A DNA stretch of 64,000 bases. Source: Promethearchaeota archaeon. Lineage in GTDB: Archaea; Asgardarchaeota; Heimdallarchaeia; Hodarchaeales; Hodarchaeaceae. The notes beneath the pieces were generated by a model that was not told the origin of the DNA, searched no databases, and saw only the letters and a program-made list of their open reading frames with translations. Each line of letters starts with the position of its first letter. The first letter of the stretch is position 1. This document shows positions 40,110 to 50,606 of this stretch, piece after piece. Location of the stretch: positions 40,254 to 104,253 of the forward strand of contig JBHLMN010000023.1 of NCBI GenBank assembly GCA_048938105.1, written 5' to 3'. The position numbers were made by a program, and so were the translations under genes.

Positions 40110-40487
40110 TTATAATGGGGGGATAGAGAATATCAACAAATGTGGAATCTTTTTTCCTTCTGATGAAGTAAACCAAAGAACTGCATCTTTATTGATGAGG
40201 TTTTTACTAATACCAAGTTCAATAACTGAACCTACAACATTAATGTTTGCATAATTTTTCATTAATTGTAGGGCATCCTGTGCTGCTATCTCTTGTCCCC
40301 TGTAAAAATCGGCTGGGATTTTCATTCGTGCCTTCTCGTTGAATATTTCTTGATCTAGCAGTGATTCATCACATAAAGCTAGTATTTCGACATTATTTTT
40401 TCGATGGATCTTGAAATATACACGGACAGGCGATGATGTAGTTTGAGAAGAATTATTTGACCGCAACACGGGCACCGCAAGCTTCAC
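40110..40487 (-). CDS. DUF424 family protein
   Basis: ILALCDESLL, FYRG, NINVVG, IPH; true start probably near 40450. Confidence 0.85.
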   Translation of the reverse strand: MKLAVPVLRSNNSSQTTSSPVRVYFKIHRKNNVEILALCDESLLDQEIFNEKARMKIPADFYRGQEIAAQDALQLMKNYANINVVGSVIELGISKNLINKDAVLWFTSSEGKKIPHLLIFSIPPL

Positions 40488-40869
40488 AGACTTTAATTAA
40501 GATTCGTCCCTCTTTAAGAAGTTTAGTATCAGGTTTTCCACATTCTTCACATAAAACGAACTCTTTCACATATGTTTCTAACTCACGATTAATCATGCCC
40601 TTGGAGAATTTCCCTTGTAAACATAATCGTCCTCTTTCTTCAGTCGAAGATGTGGCAAATTCTCTTGCTAAGTGCTTAGCCAGATGATCCGCCTCTTTTT
40701 CTCTGTTTAAAGTCTTGAGGATTCTTGCCCAATCAGTTATCCACGTTTTATTTCCCTCTCTGAAGACATCTGCCTGCGGAATTTTAAAACGTGACTTTTC
40801 AAAAACCTGAGCTGGAAGATTGTTCCTAGCACGTTTAAGAGAAGCGAGATATTCTTTTTCAGTCGTCAT
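40453..40869 (-). CDS. eif2b: Translation initiation factor aIF2 beta
   Basis: SRFKIP, EGNKT, LCEECGKPDT, CEACGA. Confidence 0.96.
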   Translation of the reverse strand: MTTEKEYLASLKRARNNLPAQVFEKSRFKIPQADVFREGNKTWITDWARILKTLNREKEADHLAKHLAREFATSSTEERGRLCLQGKFSKGMINRELETYVKEFVLCEECGKPDTKLLKEGRILIKVCEACGARVAVK

Positions 40870-41003
40870 AAAACTTCGAAATCCTTGGAGATTAAGTTGT
40901 TAGATTGATCTAGAGATGATTTTCTAACTCATTCCTTCTGACAGGAGCGAATCCAGCTAGCTTTTTAATCCTCTCGCTAGAAAGTTTAATAGAGCTGATT
41001 AAC

Positions 41004-41795
41004 ATGAGACGCCGAAAAGAACACCGACAAGTCTTTGAGTTAATCAGAAATAGCGATTTGGTATTGGAGATAATCGATGCTCGCTTTCCAGTACTTAGTC
41101 GTGTTTCTACAATTGAAAGACATCTGGAAAAAATAGGAATTCCGCTTATTATCGTTCTTAATAAGTGTGATCTGGTTCCTCGAAATATTTGTGATAGAGC
41201 AAAAACAGTTTTAAGTCAAGAATACCCCACAGTATATATTTCTGCCAGAAACCGCCAAGGAACTAAAATTCTTAGACAAAAAATCGTACAGCTTTCTCAA
41301 AAGAAACAAGAGACTCATGTCTCAATTGTTGGAATTCCAAATACCGGGAAAAGTAGTTTATTAAACATTCTTAGGGGGAAACATGTAGCTCCCACAGGAT
41401 TGAAACCTGGTGTTACAAGACATTTACAACTTGTCCGTGTATCAAAGCAAATCTTAATGTATGACACACCAGGTGTTGTACCTTTCGATCATCCTAGTAA
41501 GGAACTTCAAGTATTTATGGGAGCTGTTTCTATAGATAAGCTTGAAGACCCGCTAAAAACTTCATTTTTTTTTATTGATAGGATAAGAAAGCATTATTCT
41601 GAAGGGTTTATGCAACGGTATAATCTTCCCTCTCTATCCATAGATAATGAAGCAATAATTACTCATATTACTCAACAACGAGGAATGATTATGAAAGGTG
41701 CTCAACCAAATGTTACAGAAGCAGCAAAGGTGTTAATGCGTGAGTTTATAGCTGGACTATTCCCATATTGGGAAGAAATTATAGAAAATACCTAA
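41004..41795 (+). CDS. Circularly permuted ribosome biogenesis GTPase (RbgA/YlqF family)
   Basis: DAR.P, NKCD, GIPNTGKSS, PGVT, DTPG in G4-G1-G3 order. Confidence 0.93.
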   Translation: MRRRKEHRQVFELIRNSDLVLEIIDARFPVLSRVSTIERHLEKIGIPLIIVLNKCDLVPRNICDRAKTVLSQEYPTVYISARNRQGTKILRQKIVQLSQKKQETHVSIVGIPNTGKSSLLNILRGKHVAPTGLKPGVTRHLQLVRVSKQILMYDTPGVVPFDHPSKELQVFMGAVSIDKLEDPLKTSFFFIDRIRKHYSEGFMQRYNLPSLSIDNEAIITHITQQRGMIMKGAQPNVTEAAKVLMREFIAGLFPYWEEIIENT

Positions 41796-42011
41796 CCTTT
41801 ATAACAAAATATCAGAGATTTTAGCAAAAACTTTGAATTTAAATCCTTTAATACCTATATAGGGGATTTTTTACGTCCATTCACGATCTACTTATTGTTA
41901 TAAAGAGAATTTATCCTAATGTTTGATTTTATATTCCTCTTACAAAAGAACGAAACAATTTTGAGAAGTTATTGTTTAGAGATTTATTAAATTAAATGCT
42001 GTTCATTCGGC

Positions 42012-43454
42012 GTGAAATCAATGACGGATGAGTCTCTTTCTTCTATTGTTACGTATTCAACAGTATCAACAATTGCTGGGCCTCTCCTCTTTGTTAAAAA
42101 TATAAAGGGGGTTTCTTACGGTGAAATTGTAAGTGTATCTAGTCCAATCGGTGAAAGACGTACAGGCCAAGTGTTAGAAGTCTCTGAAGACATTGCAGTG
42201 GTTCAAGTCTTCGAAGGAACTCAGGGTCTTGATACCCAGAAAACATCCGTGAGATTTCTCGGTGAAACTATTAAAATTGCAGTAGCACAAGATATGCTTG
42301 GGCGAATCTTCTCTGGAAGTGGAAAAGTCATAGATGCAGGCCCTCAAATTTTTGCTGAGGAGCGTCTCGATATAACAGGAGCGCCTATTAATCCTTATGC
42401 ACGAGAATACCCTCGAGAGTTCATCCAGACGGGTATTTCATCAATCGATGGCTTAAATACCCTTATTCGCGGCCAAAAGTTGCCCATTTTTTCAGGCAGC
42501 GGTCTTCCTCACAATAACATTGCAGCTCAAATAGCTAGACAGGCCAAGGTTCTAGGGAAAGAAGAGGAATTTGCGGTAATTTTTGCTGCAATGGGAATCA
42601 CAACAGAAGAAGCACGATTTTTTCGTTCAGATTTTGAAAAAACTGGAGCTCTAGAACGAGTTATTCTATTTTTAAATCTTGCTGATTCCCCTGCTGCAGA
42701 ACGATTGATTACTCCTAGGATAGCTCTTTCTACTGCTGAATATCTAGCATTTGAATATGATTATCACTGTTTAGTCATCCTTACTGATATGACAAACTAT
42801 GCTGAAGCTCTACGTGAAATATCAGCGGCACGAGAGGAAGTTCCTGGACGACGAGGATATCCAGGGTATCTCTACACAGATTTAGCTACCATCTATGAGC
42901 GAGCGGGCCGAATAAAAGGCAAATTAGGAACAATTACTCAACTTCCGATTTTATCAATGCCTTCTGATGATATTACACACCCCATTCCCGATCTATCTGG
43001 TTATATCACAGAAGGTCAATTAATTATAGATCGTGGTCTCCACCGAAGAGGGATTTACCCGCCTATTGACCCCATGCCCAGTCTTAGTCGTTTAATGCGT
43101 GAAGGCATAGGCCGAAATCGAACTCATGTGACCCATAAGTCAGTATCAGATCAAATGTTTGCTGGGTATTCTATGGGTAGAAATCTGCGTGATCTCGTGG
43201 CAGTTGTGGGAGAAGAAAGCTTAACTACTGTTGATAAGAAATACCTGGATTTTGCTGATAGATTTGAAAACGAATTTCTTCAACAGGATTATTATGAATC
43301 AAGGGAAGTATTTGAAACCCTTGAGCTAGCATGGGATTTATTATCAGATCTTCCAGAAGATGAATTAAAGAGAATTCCACCCAAAATGCTAAAAATGTAT
43401 CATCCACGATATCGTGGAGATAGAAAACTCTCTATAGATGATCCTGAACCATAA
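42012..43454 (+). CDS. atpB: A/V-type ATPase subunit B (isolated)
   Basis: [53 protein letters not shown]. Confidence 0.97.
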   Translation: MKSMTDESLSSIVTYSTVSTIAGPLLFVKNIKGVSYGEIVSVSSPIGERRTGQVLEVSEDIAVVQVFEGTQGLDTQKTSVRFLGETIKIAVAQDMLGRIFSGSGKVIDAGPQIFAEERLDITGAPINPYAREYPREFIQTGISSIDGLNTLIRGQKLPIFSGSGLPHNNIAAQIARQAKVLGKEEEFAVIFAAMGITTEEARFFRSDFEKTGALERVILFLNLADSPAAERLITPRIALSTAEYLAFEYDYHCLVILTDMTNYAEALREISAAREEVPGRRGYPGYLYTDLATIYERAGRIKGKLGTITQLPILSMPSDDITHPIPDLSGYITEGQLIIDRGLHRRGIYPPIDPMPSLSRLMREGIGRNRTHVTHKSVSDQMFAGYSMGRNLRDLVAVVGEESLTTVDKKYLDFADRFENEFLQQDYYESREVFETLELAWDLLSDLPEDELKRIPPKMLKMYHPRYRGDRKLSIDDPEP

Positions 43455-43721
43455 TTAAATTACTAGACTTTTTCTATTTGTATGATTCGCTTAAAGAAAA
43501 AAGATAAAGATAAAATATTACCACATTGCTTAAAAATAAGATACATGAATGTAAAAATTAAATAAAAAAAATAAAACTCAAAAAAAAATAGTGTAAGCTA
43601 TAAAATATTAGATTGCCATTCCCATAAACAGATAATTAGTAGTACGAAAAATATGTAAGCTGATAGTTCACAAAGAAAAACAGTAATTATCTCTTGTCAA
43701 ACAAATGGGTGAAGATGAACT

Positions 43722-44972
43722 ATGGTTAGTTGGAAGGTTATGTTTGCTTTAGGGGCACAGGATGAGGAAATTGAGTTATTTGATGCAGCAACCTTAGTTG
43801 ATTGGGATCCAGAATTTAAAGGGGAGCTTATCGCTAGCTTCTTCAAAACTGACTACACTTGGATACCAGGATTAAAATCAGTGACACGAGATGATGTAAT
43901 GTTCTCCCCTAAGAATTTCTTTGTAGTAGTAGGAAGGAAGTGGGGAGAATCTCAAACTCAAAGCATCCCATTGGGAGTACTTTTCGAGTTTACCGAGGGA
44001 GATCTACGATTACGAGGAGTAGGCCCAAAAAGCTTGTCAGAAAAAGCTGGAGGTGATAGTAACCTCCTTTTAAACTTAGTATCTGATCTTTTCGACAAAC
44101 CTGATTTATGGAAAAGCAAAATCAGCATTTCTGCTAAGCCAAAAAGTGAATGGAAGGTAATTAGTGACATAATTGGAGAAGAACCTTGGCTTTTAATTGA
44201 GCAAGGCCGTAGAATAATGAAAACAGATCCTAGGAGAGCTATGGAAAATTTCACAAAAGCTTATAAAATATTCGACATTTTAACAGATATTAACGGTAAA
44301 TTTCATGCAGTATTCGCCCAAGCTGAGTTATCACTTGATTCTATGAATTTTGATCTCACTAAAAATAGATTAGAATCGTTATGGGAGTTTACAAGTCAGT
44401 TAGGCGACCCCATGCTTGAAGAAAACATTTTATCAACTGAGGGTATTCTTCTATACGAAAATCATCTCTATGAGCAGGCTATTGCAAAATTTGAACAAGC
44501 TTTAGAACGTGCAAAAAAAGCCAATATTCACAAAGCAGTTGTTAACGCTTATTGTAATATTGGTGAATGCTACTTTCGTGTCCAAAAATATGAAGAAGCA
44601 ATGAAAAATTTTGATAAATCTCGTTCGTTAGCTGAATCAAGACAGGATCGTTATTCTCTTGCTATGTCTCAAGTTAATTTAGCTAAAGTATTGAAACAGT
44701 ATGTACGGCAAGGGGATAGTTCTAGTGCTGCTCAAGCGGTATATTATCTTGAAGAAGCTATTCAGCTCTTTGAGGAGCTTGATGATAAAAAAGGACTTCT
44801 AATTGCACATGGTTTATTTGGGGAGATTGAAGGACTACAAGGAAGTTTTGAAAAAGCTCTAATGCACTTTGAATTTGCAGCTGAAAAGGCTCAAACAACA
44901 AACGAACATCAGTTTCAAGAATTTTATAGACAAAAAGCTCAAGAAATGAAAGATAGGCTTTACGACCTCTAA
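43722..44972 (+). CDS. TPR-repeat protein with unknown N-terminal domain
   Basis: Repeated AY.NIG..Y.....YEEA...F..S TPR pattern in the C-terminal 270 aa. Confidence 0.85.
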   Translation: MVSWKVMFALGAQDEEIELFDAATLVDWDPEFKGELIASFFKTDYTWIPGLKSVTRDDVMFSPKNFFVVVGRKWGESQTQSIPLGVLFEFTEGDLRLRGVGPKSLSEKAGGDSNLLLNLVSDLFDKPDLWKSKISISAKPKSEWKVISDIIGEEPWLLIEQGRRIMKTDPRRAMENFTKAYKIFDILTDINGKFHAVFAQAELSLDSMNFDLTKNRLESLWEFTSQLGDPMLEENILSTEGILLYENHLYEQAIAKFEQALERAKKANIHKAVVNAYCNIGECYFRVQKYEEAMKNFDKSRSLAESRQDRYSLAMSQVNLAKVLKQYVRQGDSSSAAQAVYYLEEAIQLFEELDDKKGLLIAHGLFGEIEGLQGSFEKALMHFEFAAEKAQTTNEHQFQEFYRQKAQEMKDRLYDL

Positions 44973-45024
44973 ATAATCGGTTCTAACATCACTTAATTCT
45001 CCCCTCTTTGATTATATCGTGTTT

Positions 45025-45429
45025 TTATCCGAGAATTTCACCAATTTTTTTTGCAGCTTGTTTCATATCAAGGAATATCAGCCCTAATTTCACAGAACGA
45101 CTTGCTGAAGTTGTTAAGACAGCTTTTGTCCCTGCTTGGACTGAAATTAAGTATCCACTGTCTCCCTCAACTAAGATACGTGTCATTTCCCCTTTCCCAG
45201 TTTCCATCACAGCTCTTTCACCCAAACTTAAGATAGCTGCCGTCATCGCCGCCACTCGCACGTCATCCAACCCTGAAGGCAGTGTTGGAGGCCAGGATGA
45301 AATTGGTAACCCCTCTAAGGATACTACAGAGGCAAAATCTATTGCTGGTAGTTTACTTACAAAACCTTCTAGCACTTCTGCTATTTCTTTGTGTACTTGG
45401 GTATCTGTTTCACTATCTGGAATGTACAC
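45025..45429 (-). CDS. Roadblock/LC7 (MglB-like) protein
   Basis: VVSLEGLPI, VAAMTAAILSLGER, KLGLIFLDM. Confidence 0.93.
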   Translation of the reverse strand: MYIPDSETDTQVHKEIAEVLEGFVSKLPAIDFASVVSLEGLPISSWPPTLPSGLDDVRVAAMTAAILSLGERAVMETGKGEMTRILVEGDSGYLISVQAGTKAVLTTSASRSVKLGLIFLDMKQAAKKIGEILG

Positions 45430-45865
45430 TTATTACACCCCTACTATGAGTAATTCTTGTAACATTTTCTTGAATTTTTGCATCTCTCATAACGTTATTT
45501 CGAATTTCTATCATTCTTGTTACAATTGATGTCGTTGTATATTCTTAATTTGGGCGACTTATGTGAATATTATAACTCTAATATATAAGAATTCTTATTC
45601 CTAAAAATCTTACAGGATCAATGATTCTTAGGAAATATCATCTTCTAACAATCAAAGCAGATCAAGGATAAGAAAATCAGTAAAGAAAAAATAAGTGCCT
45701 GACATGTAGATGTTATAATGTGAATCTTAAGGCATTGAATATTTAAAGCACAATCAACGAGTGTAAATCAGTTTATTATTTCTTTGAGATGAATTGTTTC
45801 CTTTAGTTGGTATTTTTGTCGAGAGATGAACCAAGTGCTAGATGTTGCTTTTCTTCTAGAATCAT

Positions 45866-46453
45866 TCAAGCTCTGGCTATTTGAGACTCTTTAGTTCCAT
45901 AAAGCTGAATCATAAGGATTTCACGAGCTAATGATTGAAATGCACGTTTGACTCCGAGACCCGTGGTCGCAACGGTCTCATAGATGGGATAATCTTGGAT
46001 TTTCAACTTGCTTACCAGCTCTGATCTAGGTAAAGCATCCTGTACATCTCGCTTGTTAAGAGTAATCACAAGAGGGATGGTTTTTCCTAGTTGATCACCT
46101 AAACGCATTTTCAACTCATTGAAAGATTCCACGTTCTCTTGAAATTGGGAAGCACTAGAATCGACAACAAAAATAAGACCATCTACTCCTCGTATCACTA
46201 TCTTACGTTGGTGTTTGTGACGTTCTTGACCTGCAGTTGTATATACATCAAAAACAACACCTGTAGTTGCTTGCATTGGGACGAAATCGAAAAATAAGGT
46301 ACGACCCGTGGGATCGGCTAATTGAGTAAATTTCCCTTTTTCAAGTCCATCCACTTTTTTATACAACCAAGCTAATGTTGTTGTTTTCCCACCCAGAGAT
46401 GGGCCATAGAATACAACTTTGAATCGATGACGACCTTCTGCATCCTTTCTCAA
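45866..46453 (-). CDS. MglA-family small GTPase
   Basis: YGPSLGGKTT, RTLFFDF, TTAGQ, FVVDS, NKRD, ATTG.GV. Confidence 0.9.
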   Translation of the reverse strand: MRKDAEGRHRFKVVFYGPSLGGKTTTLAWLYKKVDGLEKGKFTQLADPTGRTLFFDFVPMQATTGVVFDVYTTAGQERHKHQRKIVIRGVDGLIFVVDSSASQFQENVESFNELKMRLGDQLGKTIPLVITLNKRDVQDALPRSELVSKLKIQDYPIYETVATTGLGVKRAFQSLAREILMIQLYGTKESQIARA

Positions 46454-46499
46454 GAAATAAGTCTCCTCTGAAGGTTAGGAGTCGTGATTCAGAAATCTT

Positions 46500-47006
46500 T
46501 TAGAATTTTTCAAGTTCACGTAATGCTGCTTCTAGTTCATCTTTCTCAAGGCTTGTACGAATCTCAGGAGTCGCAGAAGCCACCCCTCCAACTGGTCGTG
46601 TGGGTTTTCCAGCTAGAAATTCGTCCAAAATATTACTGAGTTCTTCATTGGCTTTTCTCATGAGTAGACGGATCATTCCAATATTGACATCAGCATCAGA
46701 TATGATTGTCAAAATTCCACGCCCGCAGGCACTTGCGAAGATCTTACCAGTATCAAACTCTGAAGTAACAATATCTAGGCCACCAATAGTTAGATTCAGG
46801 CCCTGTTCTGCAGATGCCATAAACACAGCTGAAGCAATAGCCCCAATACCATCTACATCAACACTTACATAGCTGAATTTAGAGACGTGGGCAATTGTAA
46901 GACCAGTTCGATCAACAAGAATCACTTTTTTTATGCCTGGTTCGCTTTTTATGATCTTACTAAGTACAGTGTCAAATCTTCTGGGATCTATCATGGTTAT
47001 TACCAA
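46500..47006 (-). CDS. Roadblock/LC7 (MglB-like) protein with C-terminal helix
   Basis: LVDRTGLTIA, GAIASAVF, NIGMIRL; directly upstream of the MglA-like gene. Confidence 0.92.
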   Translation of the reverse strand: MVITMIDPRRFDTVLSKIIKSEPGIKKVILVDRTGLTIAHVSKFSYVSVDVDGIGAIASAVFMASAEQGLNLTIGGLDIVTSEFDTGKIFASACGRGILTIISDADVNIGMIRLLMRKANEELSNILDEFLAGKPTRPVGGVASATPEIRTSLEKDELEAALRELEKF

Positions 47007-47243
47007 TATTTTCTTTTATTTTGAAATTCCTCGGCTCTTAATGAGGAATTAGCTTGAATAACCACACACAGGTCATTTATATGTGATTATGTATTATGAT
47101 TTATTCTTATCCTTTTAACTTTTTTTAATTTCTCTAAAAAAAGGTTCTTATTTTGAATTTAGCTACTCGTTTTTAGAGACTTGCGAAGATGGCAATGAAA
47201 AAGGGCCTATGATGAGCTGAATATCATTTTTATATGGTGATTT

Positions 47244-48071
47244 TCATAATAAAATCACCATGAACAATAATACAAGATTTCCAAAAAGAATATCAATAAA
47301 AAATCCTAACATCAAAATAAAAATGAACGGAAGTGATGGTTGAACCCAAATAGAACGTTTTTCTGTAATTTGAATCAAAGAGATTAGATTCTGCTTTCTT
47401 GTAAGATCAGCTTCAGGTGTATCAAGGCGTGTCCGAAACGATATACTCCATCCACCTTCCTCTTTAAATTCTTCTAAAAAATCAATATGCCATGGTCTTT
47501 CTTCCAATTCTTTGGCAAGATTTTGAGTCAGTCGCGGATACCCAATGAAGCGAATAGAAAATCGTTTCCACATTGATTCGTTTGAAATTATATAAAGGTC
47601 GGGATATAAACGCTGATTTACAACATTATAGCCAAAAATCAGAAATGGTATAGGAAGTGCAATAAAATAAGCGTTGAAGAAAGTTCCAAGGATTCTTGGA
47701 GTAATTGAAATAAGAATCTCGTAAACAGGATCTTGAAAAAGGATTAGTGGGGGAGAAATGGGAGAAATAAATCCAATAGCGATAAAGGCGATTCGATCTG
47801 CTTCCCCACCCAACCCAGAGAAAGTTAAAAATAGAGCTAGACCGAGAGAAAAACCGATATTTACTACCCAAATCATAAAATATTCAAGAATAGTCTCTTT
47901 GGCTAAAATTAGTAAGATTAATTGAAAAATATGAATTACAATACCTCCAACAATCATGCTTAGCCAAATCCAATCCGCTACTTCCCGAGTTTTAATATCG
48001 TGCCATGATCCTATAGACAAGAATAAGAAAGCAAAAATTAAGAGAATAATATTCAATTCTGATCCAATCAT
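47244..48071 (-). CDS. Prepilin/prearchaellin peptidase (A24, PibD/FlaK-like)
   Basis: DIKTREV.D..W, GGEAD (GxGD-like), C-terminal WVQPSLPFI. Confidence 0.85.
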   Translation of the reverse strand: MIGSELNIILLIFAFLFLSIGSWHDIKTREVADWIWLSMIVGGIVIHIFQLILLILAKETILEYFMIWVVNIGFSLGLALFLTFSGLGGEADRIAFIAIGFISPISPPLILFQDPVYEILISITPRILGTFFNAYFIALPIPFLIFGYNVVNQRLYPDLYIISNESMWKRFSIRFIGYPRLTQNLAKELEERPWHIDFLEEFKEEGGWSISFRTRLDTPEADLTRKQNLISLIQITEKRSIWVQPSLPFIFILMLGFFIDILFGNLVLLFMVILL

Positions 48072-48568
48072 CTGACATTAAACCTTTACATGGTTAATTT
48101 CAGGTCATTATTCTAAGAATTGTTTACCCATTTTTATGATTAATGAGGTAAGAACTACCCTGGTTCCTCAGTTCAAGAATTATGGATTTCACATTTTTAT
48201 CTATGAGAATAATCTACCTGGAGTATCATTTTAATTACGACTTTTTCTCTCAACAGACCTTTGAAACCGTTTCAACAAGACAATTAAACCTTATGGCCCA
48301 AGAGTATCAAATATATCAATTGGAATGAATTTCAAGAGTTATTATTCATGTATTTAAAAATTTGAAAGATCTGCAGAGTCTCAAAAGGGGTAATTCTAAA
48401 GAATTTTGGGTTGTACTCATTTATAACGGAGTGGTAGGTAGATCAAGAGAAAAAACTATGAAATATTTGAATATACTTAAAATCCCTTAAAGGAGTCCTC
48501 TAAGGATAGCATAATATATAAATCTAAATCTTTTTGAGCCCCTTGCTTTAAAGGCCCTTCCGAAAAAA

Positions 48569-48721
48569 GCCACTGTGGCTTAGTTTTGGTTAGATGGCTC
48601 AGGGTTGCAGCGTCTACCAGATAGAGAAGCCCGGTTATAGCGCCTCCTTGGTATTTTTCTTTCCAGTCTTGGAAGAGAAACAGTTAGGAGGATGTCGTGG
48701 GTTCAAATCCCACCAGTGGCT
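48569..48721 (+). tRNA. tRNA-Thr(GGT) with two introns (D-loop about 48584-48629; canonical 37/38 48654-48685)
   Basis: GCCACTG/CAGTGGC acceptor, CCTCC/GGAGG anticodon stem with TT-GGT-A, GTGGG-TTCAAAT-CCCAC T arm; removing the two hairpin-forming inserts gives a 75-nt cloverleaf. Confidence 0.88.
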
Positions 48722-48779
48722 TTCTTATTAAGAAGACATACTTTAGTACTCAATTTTTATAAAACCCCGAGGAGATCAT

Positions 48780-49415
48780 TTGGATTATAGGAGCCTATAT
48801 GAATTATGGCTAGAAGAAAGAGCTAGTTCAACTCTTCTAAAGATACCTGCAGATTTTTATATTTCCATGGATGGGAAATTGGCTAAATTATATAGAAAAC
48901 CACAAAATCTAGAATGGGAAGAGATAGTAGATGAAATTATAGGAAGAATGGAGTTTCTCCGTAAAGATCTCGTTCAACTAAGATTAACAAAAATACTAAA
49001 TTCAATAGTTTATAATGTACCAATCGATTTGGAAAACCGGTGTACTTGGGGAGAACGCCGTTTAATTAAAGATTTAAGAAACGCTATTGAAACGCTTGGC
49101 ATGGAGAAACCAAACATTTTAGATACTCAGGATAATCTTCCAATCACGAATCTCCAGGAAGATTCGGACGTAGAGTCTAATCAAATTGAGGAGAATAGCG
49201 ATGCTATTCCCACTTCCCAAGTTAATTTGATAATTAGGATTCTTGACGATGTCGAAGCCTTTATTGGTCTGGATAACAAGCGATATGGCCCCTTAACAAG
49301 GCATGATATTGTACGTTTGCCCTTAGAGAACGCTAAAGCTCTAATTGCCCGAGGAATGGCAAGAATAATAGAAATAGACGAAAAAAAAAAGGTAATTTTA
49401 GGTGAAAAAATGTGA
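48780..49415 (+). CDS. GINS subunit Gins51 (Gins15)
   Basis: ER....L..IP.DFY A domain, R..KI, acidic linker, B domain FIGLDNKRYGPL...DIV.LP.ENA..LI..G. Confidence 0.9.
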   Translation: MDYRSLYELWLEERASSTLLKIPADFYISMDGKLAKLYRKPQNLEWEEIVDEIIGRMEFLRKDLVQLRLTKILNSIVYNVPIDLENRCTWGERRLIKDLRNAIETLGMEKPNILDTQDNLPITNLQEDSDVESNQIEENSDAIPTSQVNLIIRILDDVEAFIGLDNKRYGPLTRHDIVRLPLENAKALIARGMARIIEIDEKKKVILGEKM

Positions 49416-49600
49416 GAAGACGCTATATTCCTCAACCTCGTTCACACTTTCTAAAAGTGACTTGTGAATGCGGGAATGTTCAAGAGATTTTTTCTCATGC
49501 CACAACCGTTATTGTTTGCCGCGTTTGTGGGAAAACTCTTGCAGAACCTAGTGGAGGAATTACAAAATTGTATGGGGAAGTTATTGAGGTTTTAGACTAA
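49412..49600 (+). CDS. rps27e: Ribosomal protein eS27
   Basis: PQPRS.FLKV.C, FSHA, C..CG..LAEPSGG. Confidence 0.96.
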   Translation: MRRRYIPQPRSHFLKVTCECGNVQEIFSHATTVIVCRVCGKTLAEPSGGITKLYGEVIEVLD

Positions 49601-49617
49601 AAAAAAGGCGATAATGA

Positions 49618-50403
49618 ATGGATACTAATTTTCCAAGAGTCGGTGAACTCATTATTGGTACTTGCTCCAAACTAACACCACATGGAGCATATTTTGAAAT
49701 TTTCGATTATGAGAAACTGGGCCAAGAAGCAGGTTTTGTTCATATCTCAGAGCTAAGCCGTACTTGGGTTCGGAATATTCGTAGTCATATTCGTGAAGGA
49801 CAAAGAGCAGTAGCCAAAATCTTACGGGTTGACACGGCCCGAGGGGAGATTGACATGTCCATTCGACGAGTATCAGAACCACAGCGGAGGTCTAAACTTA
49901 ACGAATTCAAACAGGAAAATCGTGCTAGAGGTCTCGTAACAGTTGCTTGTGAAAAAGTCGAAGTTTCTGCTGATAGCGTTGAAGAATCTCTTTTGGGAAA
50001 ATTTGGCTCTATTTATGAAGGAGTAATCCAAGCAAGGGAAGGAGGTGTAAGTTTGCTTACTGAAATTGGAGTTCCCAAAGCTGCTGCACATGAAATTTAT
50101 CAATTGGCATTAAAAGAACTACAACCACCAACAGTTCGATTAAGTGGGCTAGTCCGAATAACTTGTTACGAACCTGAAGGAGTACTTCTTCTTAAGAAAT
50201 TCTTTACCTCCTACAATAAGAATTTTGATAAAAAGTATAAAGGTTCTCAGATCAAAATTCAGATCATTTCTCCACCTGATTATCGTTGTGTGATCGAGAG
50301 TGGAGACTGGAGAACTGCAGAAGGCATTTGGACTGATATACAGAAGGAGACTGAACAATACTTTTCTCCTTATGATGCTGAATATTCTTTTGAAAGACAA
50401 TAA
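49618..50403 (+). CDS. eif2a: Translation initiation factor aIF2 alpha
   Basis: S1 domain with HISELS..WVRNIR, IDMSIRRV, PPDY. Confidence 0.95.
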   Translation: MDTNFPRVGELIIGTCSKLTPHGAYFEIFDYEKLGQEAGFVHISELSRTWVRNIRSHIREGQRAVAKILRVDTARGEIDMSIRRVSEPQRRSKLNEFKQENRARGLVTVACEKVEVSADSVEESLLGKFGSIYEGVIQAREGGVSLLTEIGVPKAAAHEIYQLALKELQPPTVRLSGLVRITCYEPEGVLLLKKFFTSYNKNFDKKYKGSQIKIQIISPPDYRCVIESGDWRTAEGIWTDIQKETEQYFSPYDAEYSFERQ

Positions 50404-50429
50404 ATGCAATAATGTAAACTGGGATACGA

Positions 50430-50606
50430 ATGCGCCTGTTAAGAAAGTGTAAATGCCAATATACTATCGATCAATCAAAGAAAATATGCGATAAATGTGG
50501 GGGAAGGTTTCATAGCGCGTACCCACCAAAATTTTCTCTTTATGATAAATATGCTGATTATAAACGCAAAATGAAAGAACTTGCTAAACAAAGGGGATTA
50601 TTATGA
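50430..50606 (+). CDS. nop10: H/ACA RNP protein Nop10, not in ORF track
   Basis: Manual translation MRLLRKCKCQYTIDQSKKICDKCGGRFHSAYPPKFSLYDKYADYKRKMKELAKQRGLL; conserved position after aIF2a. Confidence 0.93.
   Translation: MRLLRKCKCQYTIDQSKKICDKCGGRFHSAYPPKFSLYDKYADYKRKMKELAKQRGLL

Noticed and set aside
45008-45529. 173-aa plus-strand ORF
   Set aside because: Antisense shadow of the roadblock gene
46500-46550. MIM1-like tail (DELEAALRELEKF) on the roadblock protein
   Set aside because: Generic amphipathic helix; MglB proteins often have C-terminal helices and no Vps4 is nearby
47209-47220. ATGATGA-G-CTGA C/D-box-like motif
   Set aside because: Boxes are adjacent with no guide region or flanking stem; insufficient for an sRNA call
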